The translations under genes and the position numbers were made by a program. A stretch of DNA of 53,258 nucleotides, taken from the NCBI GenBank assembly GCA_041652475.1, contig JBAZHG010000004.1, positions 1-53,258 on the forward strand, read 5' to 3'. This stretch comes from Bacilli bacterium (GTDB taxonomy: Bacteria; Bacillota_I; Bacilli_A; RFN20; CAG-826). Shown here piece by piece: positions 35,832-45,063 of this stretch. Positions within the stretch are counted from its first letter, which is position 1, and each line of letters begins with the position of its first letter. The notes beneath the pieces are model-generated. The model made no database searches. It was given only the letters and a program-made list of their open reading frames with translations, and was not told where the DNA came from.

Positions 35832-36380
35832 ATAGCTTATTATAATTTTCCCATCAAGCCCAACCAGAAATCGAGCGATCTCGTCAATGAGACGATCCGT
35901 TTTCCGCGGATGCTCGTCATCGGACCCGAGGGTCAACAGCTCGGGATCTTGTCGCGCGATGCCGCGCTAGCGGCTGCCGCCGGATTCAACATGGATCTGA
36001 TGTGCGTGGCCCCGAGCGCCAATCCGCCGGTGTGCAAGATCCTCGATTACGGCAAGCATCGTTTCGATCAGCAAAAGAAACAGCGCGAAGCCAAGAAAAA
36101 CCAGCATGTCATCGACATCAAAGAGGTGCAACTAACACCCCAGATTGGCGAACATGACCTAATGGTCAAAGTCAAGGCGGCTCGCCGTTTCCTTGAGGAA
36201 GGAAACAAGATCAAGATCGCCTTGCGTTACCGCGGTCGGCAAATCGCCCACCAGGAAAACGGCAACGCCACCATGGAAAAATTCATCCAAGCGGTCGAAG
36301 ACCTGTCGACCATCGAGAAAAAACCGGCCCTTGAAGGGAAATTGCTCATCGCCATATTGGCGAGCAAAGCCAAGAAATGA
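35832..36380 (+). CDS. infC: Translation initiation factor IF-3, probable non-canonical ATA start
   Basis: The track ORF starts at the ATG at 35910, but the frame is open from 35817. The upstream residues ...SSDLVNETIRFPRMLVIGPEGQQLGIL match the conserved IF3 N-domain (INE.IR..EVRLI...G.QLGI). AGGAGG (35818-35823) lies 8 nt before the ATA at 35832. IF3 genes classically use AUU/AUA starts. Confidence 0.8.
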   Translation: MAYYNFPIKPNQKSSDLVNETIRFPRMLVIGPEGQQLGILSRDAALAAAAGFNMDLMCVAPSANPPVCKILDYGKHRFDQQKKQREAKKNQHVIDIKEVQLTPQIGEHDLMVKVKAARRFLEEGNKIKIALRYRGRQIAHQENGNATMEKFIQAVEDLSTIEKKPALEGKLLIAILASKAKK

Positions 36381-36392
36381 AGGAACAACATT

Positions 36393-36584
36393 ATGCCTAA
36401 AATGAAAAGCAAACGCGCTTTGATGAAGCGCATCAAGATTACCAAATCCGGGAAGATCATCCACAAGTCCGCCTATACCGGCCACTTGGCTCCCAACAAG
36501 ACCACGAAGCAAAAACGCCACCTGCAAAAAGGCCGGCAGATGCACCCGACTGATGTCAAGCGGGTCCGCATCCTAATTTCGTAA
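36393..36584 (+). CDS. rpmI: 50S ribosomal protein L35
   Basis: MPKMKSKRALMKRIKITKSGKIIHKSAYTGHL..., 63 aa, located between infC and rplT. Confidence 0.95.
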   Translation: MPKMKSKRALMKRIKITKSGKIIHKSAYTGHLAPNKTTKQKRHLQKGRQMHPTDVKRVRILIS

Positions 36585-36599
36585 TCGGAGGAACAAACC

Positions 36600-36959
36600 A
36601 TGGCACGAGTCAAAGGTGGCAGCGTCACCCGTCAAAGACGCAAGACAGTCATTAAGCAAGCGAGCGGCTATTTCGGCAGCAAGCACATTTTATTCAAAAC
36701 GGCGCAGGAGCAGGTCATGCACTCGCTCCAATACGCCTACAACGATCGGCGGAACATCAAATCCGATTTCCGCAAACTGTGGATCAAGCGCATCAACGCC
36801 GCTTGCCACATGTGCGACATTTCCTACAGCCAAATGATGCACGGCTTACGGCTAGCCAACATCTCCATCAACCGGAAGATGCTGTCGGAACTGGCCATCA
36901 ACGATTTCCCGAGCTTCCAAAAGCTGGTCGTTGACGTCAAAAAGCAAATCAGCAAATAA
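36600..36959 (+). CDS. rplT: 50S ribosomal protein L20
   Basis: [29 protein letters not shown]... is the canonical L20 sequence; 119 aa. Confidence 0.95.
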   Translation: MARVKGGSVTRQRRKTVIKQASGYFGSKHILFKTAQEQVMHSLQYAYNDRRNIKSDFRKLWIKRINAACHMCDISYSQMMHGLRLANISINRKMLSELAINDFPSFQKLVVDVKKQISK

Positions 36960-36982
36960 AAAACGGCAAATGCCGTTTTTTT
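36957..36982. terminator. Bidirectional intrinsic terminator between rplT (+) and the lpd-like gene (-)
   Basis: AAAAAA-ACGGCAaaTGCCGT-TTTTTT. The perfect 6-bp stem is flanked by an A-tract and a T-tract. Confidence 0.7.
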
Positions 36983-38194
36983 CTAGATGCTCGATAGCGC
37001 TTGGCCGATGACCTCTCCGATAGTCGGATGGGGGAAGACCAAGCGTTTTAGTTTGGATATGGGTATTTTTTCTTGGATGGCCAAGGTCAAGACATTGATG
37101 ATGTCGCTGGCCATGTTTCCGATCAAGGCCGCGCCAAGCAAGTATTCCTTTTGGGGATCAAGTATTAATTTTACATATCCTTCGTCATGCCCGGTCACGT
37201 AGGCTTTGGCGTTGGCCCGGTATGGGAGTTTCACGGTCAGATATTCCATTCCGGCGGCTTTCAAGGCCTTTTCGCTCGTCCCGGTGGTGGCGATTTCCGG
37301 ATCGGTGAACATGGCCGCGGGAATAACTCGCGACGAGAAGTCGCCCGTGAACAAGGCTTTGGCCTCGGCGCCGGCCTTATGCGCCAACAAAGGGGCTCCG
37401 GCGGCATCGCCCAGTTTGAGCACGCCTTCGGGCAAAGTGATGGCGAGCGGTCGCCGGCCGACGGCGACCATGACGGCGTCATAATCATCTTCCCCGTCCG
37501 ACGAGGTCAGGCGCACTTGGCCGTCCTTGGTGGAAAATGCCAGGACCTGGCTGTTCGGCCTTATGGTCCAACGGCGGTGTCGTTGCAAGGTGAGGTAACG
37601 CCGGACCAAATCGTCGTCAAAACCCGATAGGACCGTCGGCAGCGCTTCGTAAATGGTGACTTCGCTGCCGAGATTCGTGAAGATGGTCGCCCATTCAAAC
37701 CCGATATAGCCGCCTCCGATGATCGCCAGGCGCTTCGGGAGCGTCGTCAATGAATAGATCGATTCGCTGTCGTAGATGTTCACCCCGTCGATCCCGGGTA
37801 TTTTAAGGGCAATCGGGACCGATCCGCCGGCGAAAATGATATGCCTGCCCTCATAAATGGCCTCATTTACCTTAACTTGGTGTTGATCGATGATTGTCGC
37901 CTCGCCTTGGACCATTGTCACTTTCGCACTTTCGAGATTGGCGACGAGATTGGCCGAAATCGTGGCCACTTTCGCAAAGACGTCGGCAAAAAGCATCAGC
38001 AAATCCCCGTTAAACGGTGCCTTTGAGGCATGAAGCAAGGCTTTGGTCGGGACACATCCCTGATGGAGGCAGGTTCCGCCCCATTTGTCTTTTTCAATCA
38101 AAAGGACCGCGAGGTTTTGCCGGCGGATTTCAAGGGCGGCTTCGACCCCGCCCGGGCCGGCGCCGATCACGACATAATCAAACGTTTGGTTCAT
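36983..38194 (-). CDS. Dihydrolipoyl dehydrogenase-like flavoprotein disulfide reductase (probable glycine-cleavage L protein), compact 403-aa form
   Basis: FDYVVIGAGPGG (FAD), the redox disulfide GGTCLHQGCVPTK, the NAD fold IIGGGYIGFE, and C-terminal FPHPTIGE. It is the last gene of the gcv cluster and its start overlaps gcvPB by 17 nt. Confidence 0.78.
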   Translation of the reverse strand: MNQTFDYVVIGAGPGGVEAALEIRRQNLAVLLIEKDKWGGTCLHQGCVPTKALLHASKAPFNGDLLMLFADVFAKVATISANLVANLESAKVTMVQGEATIIDQHQVKVNEAIYEGRHIIFAGGSVPIALKIPGIDGVNIYDSESIYSLTTLPKRLAIIGGGYIGFEWATIFTNLGSEVTIYEALPTVLSGFDDDLVRRYLTLQRHRRWTIRPNSQVLAFSTKDGQVRLTSSDGEDDYDAVMVAVGRRPLAITLPEGVLKLGDAAGAPLLAHKAGAEAKALFTGDFSSRVIPAAMFTDPEIATTGTSEKALKAAGMEYLTVKLPYRANAKAYVTGHDEGYVKLILDPQKEYLLGAALIGNMASDIINVLTLAIQEKIPISKLKRLVFPHPTIGEVIGQALSSI

Positions 38195-39638
38195 AATCCT
38201 TGAATTTCAAGATCGGATGGCGGGCGGCATTGACCTCGTCGAGACGTCCGACCGGGGTCAGGTGCGGGGCCAGCTTGACGCAATCGGGTTCGTGTTTGGC
38301 TTCCTCGGCGATCTTGGTCATGATGTCAATGAATTGGTCCAGGGTATCCTGGCTTTCGGATTCGGTCGGCTCGATCATGATCGATTGCTCAAACAAGAGC
38401 GGGAAGTAAATCGTCGGGGCGTGGACCCCATAGTCGAGGAGTCGCTTGGCAACGTCAAGCGTGCGCACCCCGGTGCTTTGATCGATTAAACCGTTGAAGA
38501 CGAATTCGTGCATGTAGTGAGCCTCGATTTCGAGAGCAAAGCGATCGCGGAGTTTCTCCTTGACGTAATTGGCGTTCAACACGGCGTAAGGACCGACCTT
38601 GTTCAAAGCGGTTCCGATCGATTTCAAGTAGGCGTATGCCCGGACGCAGACCAAAAAGTTTCCATAGAAACCGCCAATCTGGCCGATGGCATTGGGATTG
38701 TGTTCGATTTCGTAGCGCCGACCTTTCTTGACGATGCGCGGGTTCGGGAGCAAATCGGCTAAATGTTTTTTGACGCTGACCGGTCCGCTGCCGGGTCCCC
38801 CGCCGCCGTGCGGGGTCGAAAAAGTCTTGTGCAGGTTCATGTGCATGATGTCGAAACCCATGTCCCCGGGGCGGGCCACGCCCAGCAAGGCGTTGAGATT
38901 GGCTCCGTCATAATAAAGCAGTCCCCCGGCCTCGTGCACCAGGCGGCTGATTTCCAAAATATCGGTTTCAAACAAGCCCAAAGTGTTGGGATTGGTCAGC
39001 ATGATGCCGGCCACTTCCTCCGACAAAGCGGCTTTCAAAGCCTCAAGGTCGACAAGTCCTTTCGGGGTCGACTTAATGGTGATGCAGTCGAAACCCAGCA
39101 TCGCGGCCGAAGCCGGATTGGTGCCGTGGGCGCTATCGGGAATGATCATCTTGGTCCGTTTAATATCGCCACGGCGTTCGTGATAGGCTTTCATGATCAT
39201 CAATCCGGTCAATTCGCCGTGAGCCCCGGCAAAGGGGTTGAGCGAGGTGGCGTCCATCCCCGATATATTCGTGAGCATGTCCGCTAGTTCGCCATAAAGA
39301 CGCAATAGCGGCTGGACGCTTCTTCCCGATTGGAGCGGGTGGATGTTTCGAAAGCCATCGAGCGAAGCCACTTCGTCATTGATTTTGGGATTGTATTTCA
39401 TGGTGCAGGAGCCAAGTGGGTAAAAACCGTTTTCAACCCCGAAATTCAGCTTTGAGAGATTGGTATAGTGGCGCACGACGTCCAGTTCCGACACCTCGGG
39501 AAGTCCCGGCGCCTCTTGGCGCAGCAAGGCGGGGTCATAAACCTGCGTCAAATCGAGTTCGGGAAGGTCCTGCTCGGGCAGGTTGTAGGCGCGCCGTCCG
39601 GGGATTGAAAGTTCGTAAATCAGTTTATCGTATTTCAC
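38178..39638 (-). CDS. gcvPB: Glycine dehydrogenase (decarboxylating) subunit 2
   Basis: The PLP-lysine region MHMNLHKTFSTPHGGGGPG is present. The start is set to the GTG at 39638 (VKYDKLIYELS), behind GGAGGTGG, overlapping the gcvPA end by 14 nt. Confidence 0.92.
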   Translation of the reverse strand: MKYDKLIYELSIPGRRAYNLPEQDLPELDLTQVYDPALLRQEAPGLPEVSELDVVRHYTNLSKLNFGVENGFYPLGSCTMKYNPKINDEVASLDGFRNIHPLQSGRSVQPLLRLYGELADMLTNISGMDATSLNPFAGAHGELTGLMIMKAYHERRGDIKRTKMIIPDSAHGTNPASAAMLGFDCITIKSTPKGLVDLEALKAALSEEVAGIMLTNPNTLGLFETDILEISRLVHEAGGLLYYDGANLNALLGVARPGDMGFDIMHMNLHKTFSTPHGGGGPGSGPVSVKKHLADLLPNPRIVKKGRRYEIEHNPNAIGQIGGFYGNFLVCVRAYAYLKSIGTALNKVGPYAVLNANYVKEKLRDRFALEIEAHYMHEFVFNGLIDQSTGVRTLDVAKRLLDYGVHAPTIYFPLLFEQSIMIEPTESESQDTLDQFIDIMTKIAEEAKHEPDCVKLAPHLTPVGRLDEVNAARHPILKFKDYEPNV

Positions 39639-40953
39639 GGTCGGCCACCTCCACGGCATTGATAAAGGCGTCGAGCAATGCTTTGGTCATCTTCTCGCTG
39701 GCGTAGAAAACGCCGCGATGGTCGTCTAAGGGCATCGCCCCGAGATAACCTTTCGCTTCAAGGCGCTTGTTTAATTCAAAGATGTTCTTCTTGTACGTCA
39801 AGGTCACTTCATAACCATAGGCCGATGGGTAGGTCGGCGCAAAGTTCTTCGTGGCGATGAGCCGTTCGGCCAAATAGTGGGTCGCCTTGATGGCGTTCAC
39901 GGCCACTTCCCTCAATCCGGCCCGGCCGAGGGTCGCCGCGTAGATGGTGGCCTGCAAGGCCATGAGCGATTGGTTCGAGCAGATGTTGCTGTTGGCTTTT
40001 TCGCGGCGGATATGCTGTTCCCGAGCTTGGAGCGTCAAGACGTACGCCCGTTGGCCGCGGTTGTCTTTGGTCATCCCGCAGATGCGACCCGGCATTTTTC
40101 GAACGTACCGGTTGACCGTGGCCAGATACCCAAGGTAAGGGCCCCCGAAACTGAGGGGGATGCCGAGGGTTTGGGCCTCCCCGCAGACGATGTCGGCTTC
40201 AGCTTGCGCCGGTGTGGCGAAGACATTTAAAGCCAATAGGTCGGCGTAGACGACGAACAAAGCCCCGCCCTGATGGACTAGGGGTGTGAATTCTTTTAAT
40301 GGAGTGACGATCCCGTACCGGTTCGGGTAGCCGACGAGGAATCCGGCGCTTGGAGTTTCCAAAGCCTGGATCAGTTTGGCCTGAGTGACTATTCCCGAGT
40401 CGTTCACTGGGACCGTGATCAATTCGACGCCACGAAAATGGGCGTAGGTATTCAGCGTCTCCAAGACGTGGGGAAGCAGCCCTTCCGAGGCGATGAAGCG
40501 CGACCGTCCGGTTTGGTTTACGGCCATCATCATGGCTTCGGCCGCGGCGGTGGCCCCGTCGTACATCGAGGCGTTGCTGACGTCCATTCCCGTCAGTTCG
40601 CAAATCATCGTTTGGTATTCGAAAATATACTGGAGGGTCCCTTGAGCCACCTCGGGTTGATAAGGGGTGTAAGAAGTCAAAAATTCCTGACGCGACGCCA
40701 AGGCGTCGACGATGGCGGGGCGGTCATGGTCGTAAGCCCCGAAACCGCGCAGGGAAAGCAGGGGCTGGCCGGTCATTTGTTTGAAAGCCGTCCGTACCTC
40801 GCCGTCGGAAAACGGCCGTTCGAGGCGATAAGGTTCCTTCAAACGGACCGCGGATGGTAGATGGGCGAAGAGCTCATCAAGCGAAGACAAGCGCAAAACG
40901 CCCAACATGGAGCGGACGTCTTGCTCCGTGTGCGGCAAATATCTATGGTTCAT
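39625..40953 (-). CDS. gcvPA: Glycine dehydrogenase (decarboxylating) subunit 1
   Basis: 442 aa. YLPHTEQDVRSML, TSYTPYQPEVAQGTLQ and REQHIRREKA(N/T)SNICSNQ are typical GcvPA sequences. Confidence 0.92.
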   Translation of the reverse strand: MNHRYLPHTEQDVRSMLGVLRLSSLDELFAHLPSAVRLKEPYRLERPFSDGEVRTAFKQMTGQPLLSLRGFGAYDHDRPAIVDALASRQEFLTSYTPYQPEVAQGTLQYIFEYQTMICELTGMDVSNASMYDGATAAAEAMMMAVNQTGRSRFIASEGLLPHVLETLNTYAHFRGVELITVPVNDSGIVTQAKLIQALETPSAGFLVGYPNRYGIVTPLKEFTPLVHQGGALFVVYADLLALNVFATPAQAEADIVCGEAQTLGIPLSFGGPYLGYLATVNRYVRKMPGRICGMTKDNRGQRAYVLTLQAREQHIRREKANSNICSNQSLMALQATIYAATLGRAGLREVAVNAIKATHYLAERLIATKNFAPTYPSAYGYEVTLTYKKNIFELNKRLEAKGYLGAMPLDDHRGVFYASEKMTKALLDAFINAVEVADREIR

Positions 40954-41318
40954 TATTCGTGGCTATGGGCGTAGTCGGCCTCGTTGAGTAGTTTCGAGGC
41001 ATCGACGGGTCCGGTTAACAGGACCTTGATGAGCCAGGTGCCCATCGGGTCTTGGTTGATCAACTCGGGATGATCGACCAGCGCTTCGTTGATGGCGATG
41101 ACTTTTCCGGCGACCGGCATCATCAATTCGGAGGCGGCTTTGACGCTTTCGATGGCGCCGAATTCCGCTTCGGCGGCAAAACTCGCCCCGATGGCCGGCA
41201 AATCGACGAAAACGACGTCGCCCAGGCTGTGCGAGGCGTATTCGCTAATTCCGATTTCGGCTTCGCCACCCTTGATTTTGACCCATTCGTGGGTCTTCGA
41301 GAATAAGAGTTTGTCCAT
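40953..41318 (-). CDS. gcvH: Glycine cleavage system H protein
   Basis: 121 aa. THEWVK and the lipoyl-lysine motif IESVKAASE are present. Confidence 0.92.
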   Translation of the reverse strand: MDKLLFSKTHEWVKIKGGEAEIGISEYASHSLGDVVFVDLPAIGASFAAEAEFGAIESVKAASELMMPVAGKVIAINEALVDHPELINQDPMGTWLIKVLLTGPVDASKLLNEADYAHSHE

Positions 41319-41337
41319 GTTGCATGCTCCTTTATGC

Positions 41338-42420
41338 TTAGCGCTTGTATTTCTTTTCCATGAATTTGTTGTCGCGGACGCGGGCGGGAATCGTCTGGCC
41401 GCGAATGACGACGTCGACCGCCTGGCCGATTTGACTATAAGCCTTGTCGATCAAGGCCAAAGCCAACCCGGAGGCGTGATGGGGCAAAAGGTAGCCGGTC
41501 GTCACGTGTCCGATCGTTTTCCCTTCGACGGCCACTTCGTGGTCGGCTCGGGCGATGCCGCGCGACAGTAGCTCAATACCGACCAGGGCGCGTTTTGCCC
41601 CTTCGGTCCACTGCTTCTCCAGAACGGATTTTCCAATGAAATCTTTCGTAAAGTTGCAGGCGAATTTAAGCCCGGCTTCGATCGGGGTGATCGTGTCGCT
41701 GAGCTCATGCCCGTAAAGCGACAAAGCGCCTTCGAATCGCAGGGTGTCGCGGCAGCCGAGGCCGCATGGCGTCACTTTGGCGCTGTCGACGAAATGCTTC
41801 CAGAGTTTCCAAATGGTGTCCGGATCGGCATAGAGTTCGAAACCGTCCTCGCCGGTGTAGCCCGACCGGGAGACCATGACTGGACGTCCTTCATATTCAT
41901 CGATCAGGTATTGCATGAATTTCAACTCGGCGATTGCTTGCTTGAAAAGCGGGCTGACGACGGAAATGCTTGCCGGCCCCTGGACGGCGATTTGGCCGTA
42001 ATCGTCGGAAAGATTGGTTATGTCGACGCGGTGGCCGGATGCTTGCTTGCGGATCCAAGCCTCGTCTTTGGCGATGTTCGAGGCGTTGACGACCAGAAGG
42101 TATTTTTCGACATCGAGCGGATACACGAACAAATCGTCGATGGCGCCGCCGTCTTCGTGGCACATGATGGCGTAGGTCGCTTTGTTGAGCGGGCCCGGAT
42201 TGACGAGGTTGGTCACCAATCGGTTGACCAAGGCCAAACTGTCGGGGCCTTGAATCATGATTTCGCCCATGTGTGACACGTCGAAGATGCCGACGTGGTT
42301 GCGGACGGCGTCGTGCTCATTGGCAATCGAGGAATACTGCAGCGGCATTAAATAATCGGCGAAAGGGACGATTTGAGCCTGCAACCGGACATGTTCAGGG
42401 TAAAGGACCGTCTTTTTCAT
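41338..42420 (-). CDS. gcvT: Aminomethyltransferase (glycine cleavage T protein)
   Basis: 360 aa. [29 protein letters not shown] and [12 protein letters not shown] are present. Confidence 0.93.
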   Translation of the reverse strand: MKKTVLYPEHVRLQAQIVPFADYLMPLQYSSIANEHDAVRNHVGIFDVSHMGEIMIQGPDSLALVNRLVTNLVNPGPLNKATYAIMCHEDGGAIDDLFVYPLDVEKYLLVVNASNIAKDEAWIRKQASGHRVDITNLSDDYGQIAVQGPASISVVSPLFKQAIAELKFMQYLIDEYEGRPVMVSRSGYTGEDGFELYADPDTIWKLWKHFVDSAKVTPCGLGCRDTLRFEGALSLYGHELSDTITPIEAGLKFACNFTKDFIGKSVLEKQWTEGAKRALVGIELLSRGIARADHEVAVEGKTIGHVTTGYLLPHHASGLALALIDKAYSQIGQAVDVVIRGQTIPARVRDNKFMEKKYKR

Positions 42421-42461
42421 GTTATGCTCCTTCTATCTCAATCAAGTTGTGAACTTCGAAG

Positions 42462-44081
42462 TTATCGGGTGCGTTCGAGTTGGGCGGCGATTTTTTTCAA
42501 GAGGTTGCCGGCTTCGAGGTAGGCTTGCTGGAAGGAACCGGCCTCGAATGAGGACTCGGCCGCCGAGAGGACCCGGTGGTAATCGGTCAGCCGATGGCGG
42601 TCGCGGTTGGCCAGCACGATGGCGCTTTCGGCCAAAAGGGCGGTTTTAACTTCTTGCTCGATGCGCAAAAGGAGCGTCTCGCCGTCGCCCTTCAAATGCT
42701 TGACTTGGGCGTCGATCACTTCGATGTCGATCGGAAGCACTTTCAAGGTTTCGTGGACGATGCGCAAACTCTCGTAAAAATCGTCGAAGAGCGGTTGGAT
42801 TTCGCTCGTGATCGCTTCGATGTTCAAATCGGCGACCTTGTGCTCGCCTTCCTTGAATTTCCCGTAATAGACGTTGACGAGCTGGTAGGCTTCGTCGGAT
42901 TTGGTTTTCAACGAGGCCAAGTAACGGTTGAATTCTTCGATCATGGCCACGGCGTTGGCCGTTTCGTTCTGGAGGTTCTTGATGATCCCGACTTGGAGGG
43001 AATAAGGTTGTTTCGTGGCCGATAGAACGAGCGTGTCCAAGCCGCGTTTGGTCATGTTGATCTTGGAAATCGACTGGCGGATCGTTTCGATGTTGGCCGC
43101 TTGTTGCGGGCCGATGACGTAGTATTGCTTTATTTGCGGAAGCGTCGAGTTCAAGCGGATGAACGAACGTTCAATCTCGTTGACGCGGTTGTAGGTGATT
43201 TGATAATCCTTTTCAAAAACGGCTTTGGCTTCCTTTTCTTCTTCGAAACGGGCATAGAAACCTTCGATTTTTTCAATTGAGGTTTGAAGGCGGTCGTGGA
43301 TTCCGTTCACGTCGAGGTTGGCGATTTGACCGGTCAATAGCGCCAGTTCGTCGGTGATTTTGTCAATGGTGATGTTCAGCATCAAATGATGGATCGGATA
43401 GCCCTTTTTGACCATGCGTTCGCTCTCTTCGCGGAGGGCTTTGATCTTTTCGGGAACGAGTCGCTCGATCATGACGCATAAGGTCGGGGCTTCGAAGATG
43501 ACGCCTTCGACTTGGCGGCCGAGTCGTTTCAGTTTCTCAATCAGGGTCAAAGATTCGGCATAATCGGCGATTTCAATCAAGTCGTCGATTCTCTTCAAGG
43601 TGGCGTCGACGTTGTTGAACAGGCGTTCAAACGACTTTTCGATCAACGACAATTCGCCCTGGCGGAGCCGATAGCTTTCGCGCAAGCGGCGGATGTCTTC
43701 TTTAATCGAATAGGCGGACGTCCGGGCATCGTCTTCCGGCTTCATGATCTTTTCAAGGTCGCGAGTCAAATTTTTGACTTCGTTTTCGAAATTGGCGACC
43801 ATGCTCCGAGCCGGTTCGAATAGCGATTTGAAACCCTTCATGTTCTTTTCCTCGACCATGCCGCGCAGGGAGTTCACGGTCGAAGAAACCGGGCTTAGAT
43901 ATTCGTCTTTGATTTTGTCGTAACGGGCTTCGTATTCGTCGTGGATCGAGACATAGAGAATATTGCGGTTGGCGATCGAGGCCAAACGATCGACGATCGT
44001 TTTATTGTGGGAGGTGAAAAGCGCGTGGCTGTGCTCGTAACGCTTCTCAAGATCGGTCAGGCTCTTTTTTGGAAAAAACAT
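42462..44081 (-). CDS. ezrA: EzrA-like septation ring regulator lacking the N-terminal transmembrane anchor
   Basis: 539 aa, highly helical and charged. MVKKGYPIHHL parallels B. subtilis MKEKGYKLEHI, and the C-terminal AIVLANRDRHRL...AESSFEAGSFQQAY parallels the conserved QNR patch (FGNRYRSQN...AERRFYAFDY). The N-terminus MFFPKKSLTDLEKRY aligns to B. subtilis residues just after the TM helix (..YFFRKKIYAEIDRLE). Synteny with rpsD/tyrS matches Bacillus. Confidence 0.72.
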   Translation of the reverse strand: MFFPKKSLTDLEKRYEHSHALFTSHNKTIVDRLASIANRNILYVSIHDEYEARYDKIKDEYLSPVSSTVNSLRGMVEEKNMKGFKSLFEPARSMVANFENEVKNLTRDLEKIMKPEDDARTSAYSIKEDIRRLRESYRLRQGELSLIEKSFERLFNNVDATLKRIDDLIEIADYAESLTLIEKLKRLGRQVEGVIFEAPTLCVMIERLVPEKIKALREESERMVKKGYPIHHLMLNITIDKITDELALLTGQIANLDVNGIHDRLQTSIEKIEGFYARFEEEKEAKAVFEKDYQITYNRVNEIERSFIRLNSTLPQIKQYYVIGPQQAANIETIRQSISKINMTKRGLDTLVLSATKQPYSLQVGIIKNLQNETANAVAMIEEFNRYLASLKTKSDEAYQLVNVYYGKFKEGEHKVADLNIEAITSEIQPLFDDFYESLRIVHETLKVLPIDIEVIDAQVKHLKGDGETLLLRIEQEVKTALLAESAIVLANRDRHRLTDYHRVLSAAESSFEAGSFQQAYLEAGNLLKKIAAQLERTR

Positions 44082-44201
44082 GATTTGCCTCTTTGTAAGT
44101 ATATCACAAGTAATTAACTTGAAAATTGCTTCCCGCTATTAACAATCATACTAAAATAACCCCGTATAAAAAAGTATTTTTTATATGAAGGAACCTTTCG
44201 A

Positions 44202-44385
44202 TTGACAAGGCCTGGATAACCTTATATATTAATTGAGCATGTGTGGCAGCAGGTAGATACGATCCGTCCGACCTCGCGAACATTGGAGTAAAGTAACCGA
44301 AGCTCTAAGGTGAAATCGTAATCGCGACATCCGGGATCAGGAATCAACCCCTATTACATTGCCGAAACATGTAAAGGAGATACAT
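44202..44385 (+). promoter_or_regulatory. rpsD promoter (-35 TTGACA, 17 nt, -10 TATATT) and ~150-nt leader (possible S4 autoregulatory leader)
   Basis: Hexamers at 44202-44207 and 44225-44230, followed by a long untranslated leader before the RBS AAAGGAG. Autogenous S4 control through the rpsD leader is described in B. subtilis. The structure was not verified here. Confidence 0.4.
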
Positions 44386-44991
44386 ATGAGATTTACAGGA
44401 TCAGATTGGAAGCGCTCGCGCCGTCTGCACTTTTCCACGCTGGAAACCGGCAAGGAACTGACCCGGCGCCCCTACGGCCCCGGCCAACACGGCAACGACC
44501 GCAAACGGAAACCGTCGGAATTCGGCAAGCAATTGCTTGAAAAGCAAAAACTCCGCTTCATGTACGGGGTCAACGAACGACAATTCCGCCGCTTGTTCAT
44601 GCTCGCCAAGGCCAGTAAGGAAGTCACCGGCCTCGCCTTCATGCAAGTGCTGGAATCGCGCCTCGACAACATGGTCTACCGGATGGGCTTTGCCCGGACC
44701 CGGAAGATGGGCCGTCAGCTCGTCAACCACGGCCACGTGACCGTCAACGGCAAGAAAGTCGATATCCCGAGCTATCTTTGCTCGGTCAACGACGTGATCG
44801 GCATCGCTGAAAAAAGCGCCGACCTCGTCGCCGTCAAAGCCTCGCTCGAATCGATCGCCGGTACCCTTGGGTACGTCTCGGTCGACAAGGAAAAGCTTAC
44901 CGGCAAGTACTTACGGTTGCCGGAACGCACCGAATTGGCCCAAGACATCGTTGAATCGCAAATCGTCGAATACTACAACCGCTTGTTGTAA
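44386..44991 (+). CDS. rpsD: 30S ribosomal protein S4
   Basis: The start is trimmed to MRFTGSDWKRSRRL (ATG 44386, behind AAAGGAG). Also present are YGPGQHG, FRRLF, LESRLDNMVYRMGFA..R..ARQLVNHGH and an S4 domain. Confidence 0.95.
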   Translation: MRFTGSDWKRSRRLHFSTLETGKELTRRPYGPGQHGNDRKRKPSEFGKQLLEKQKLRFMYGVNERQFRRLFMLAKASKEVTGLAFMQVLESRLDNMVYRMGFARTRKMGRQLVNHGHVTVNGKKVDIPSYLCSVNDVIGIAEKSADLVAVKASLESIAGTLGYVSVDKEKLTGKYLRLPERTELAQDIVESQIVEYYNRLL

Positions 44992-45010
44992 TCAGTCATC
45001 CCAAAAGAGC

Positions 45011-45044
45011 AAAAAACAAGGCCGTTTGGCCTTGTTTTGTTTTT
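45011..45044. terminator. Bidirectional intrinsic terminator between rpsD (+) and tyrS (-)
   Basis: AAAAAA-CAAGGCCgtttGGCCTTG-TTTTGTTTTT. Confidence 0.7.
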
Positions 45045-45063
45045 CAAATCAGTATTTTCGGGC

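Noticed and set aside
42421-42461. Looked for a glycine riboswitch upstream of gcvT
   Set aside because: Only 41 nt are available between the ezrA stop and the gcvT start. This is too short for even a single glycine aptamer, and no aptamer-like conserved core was seen.
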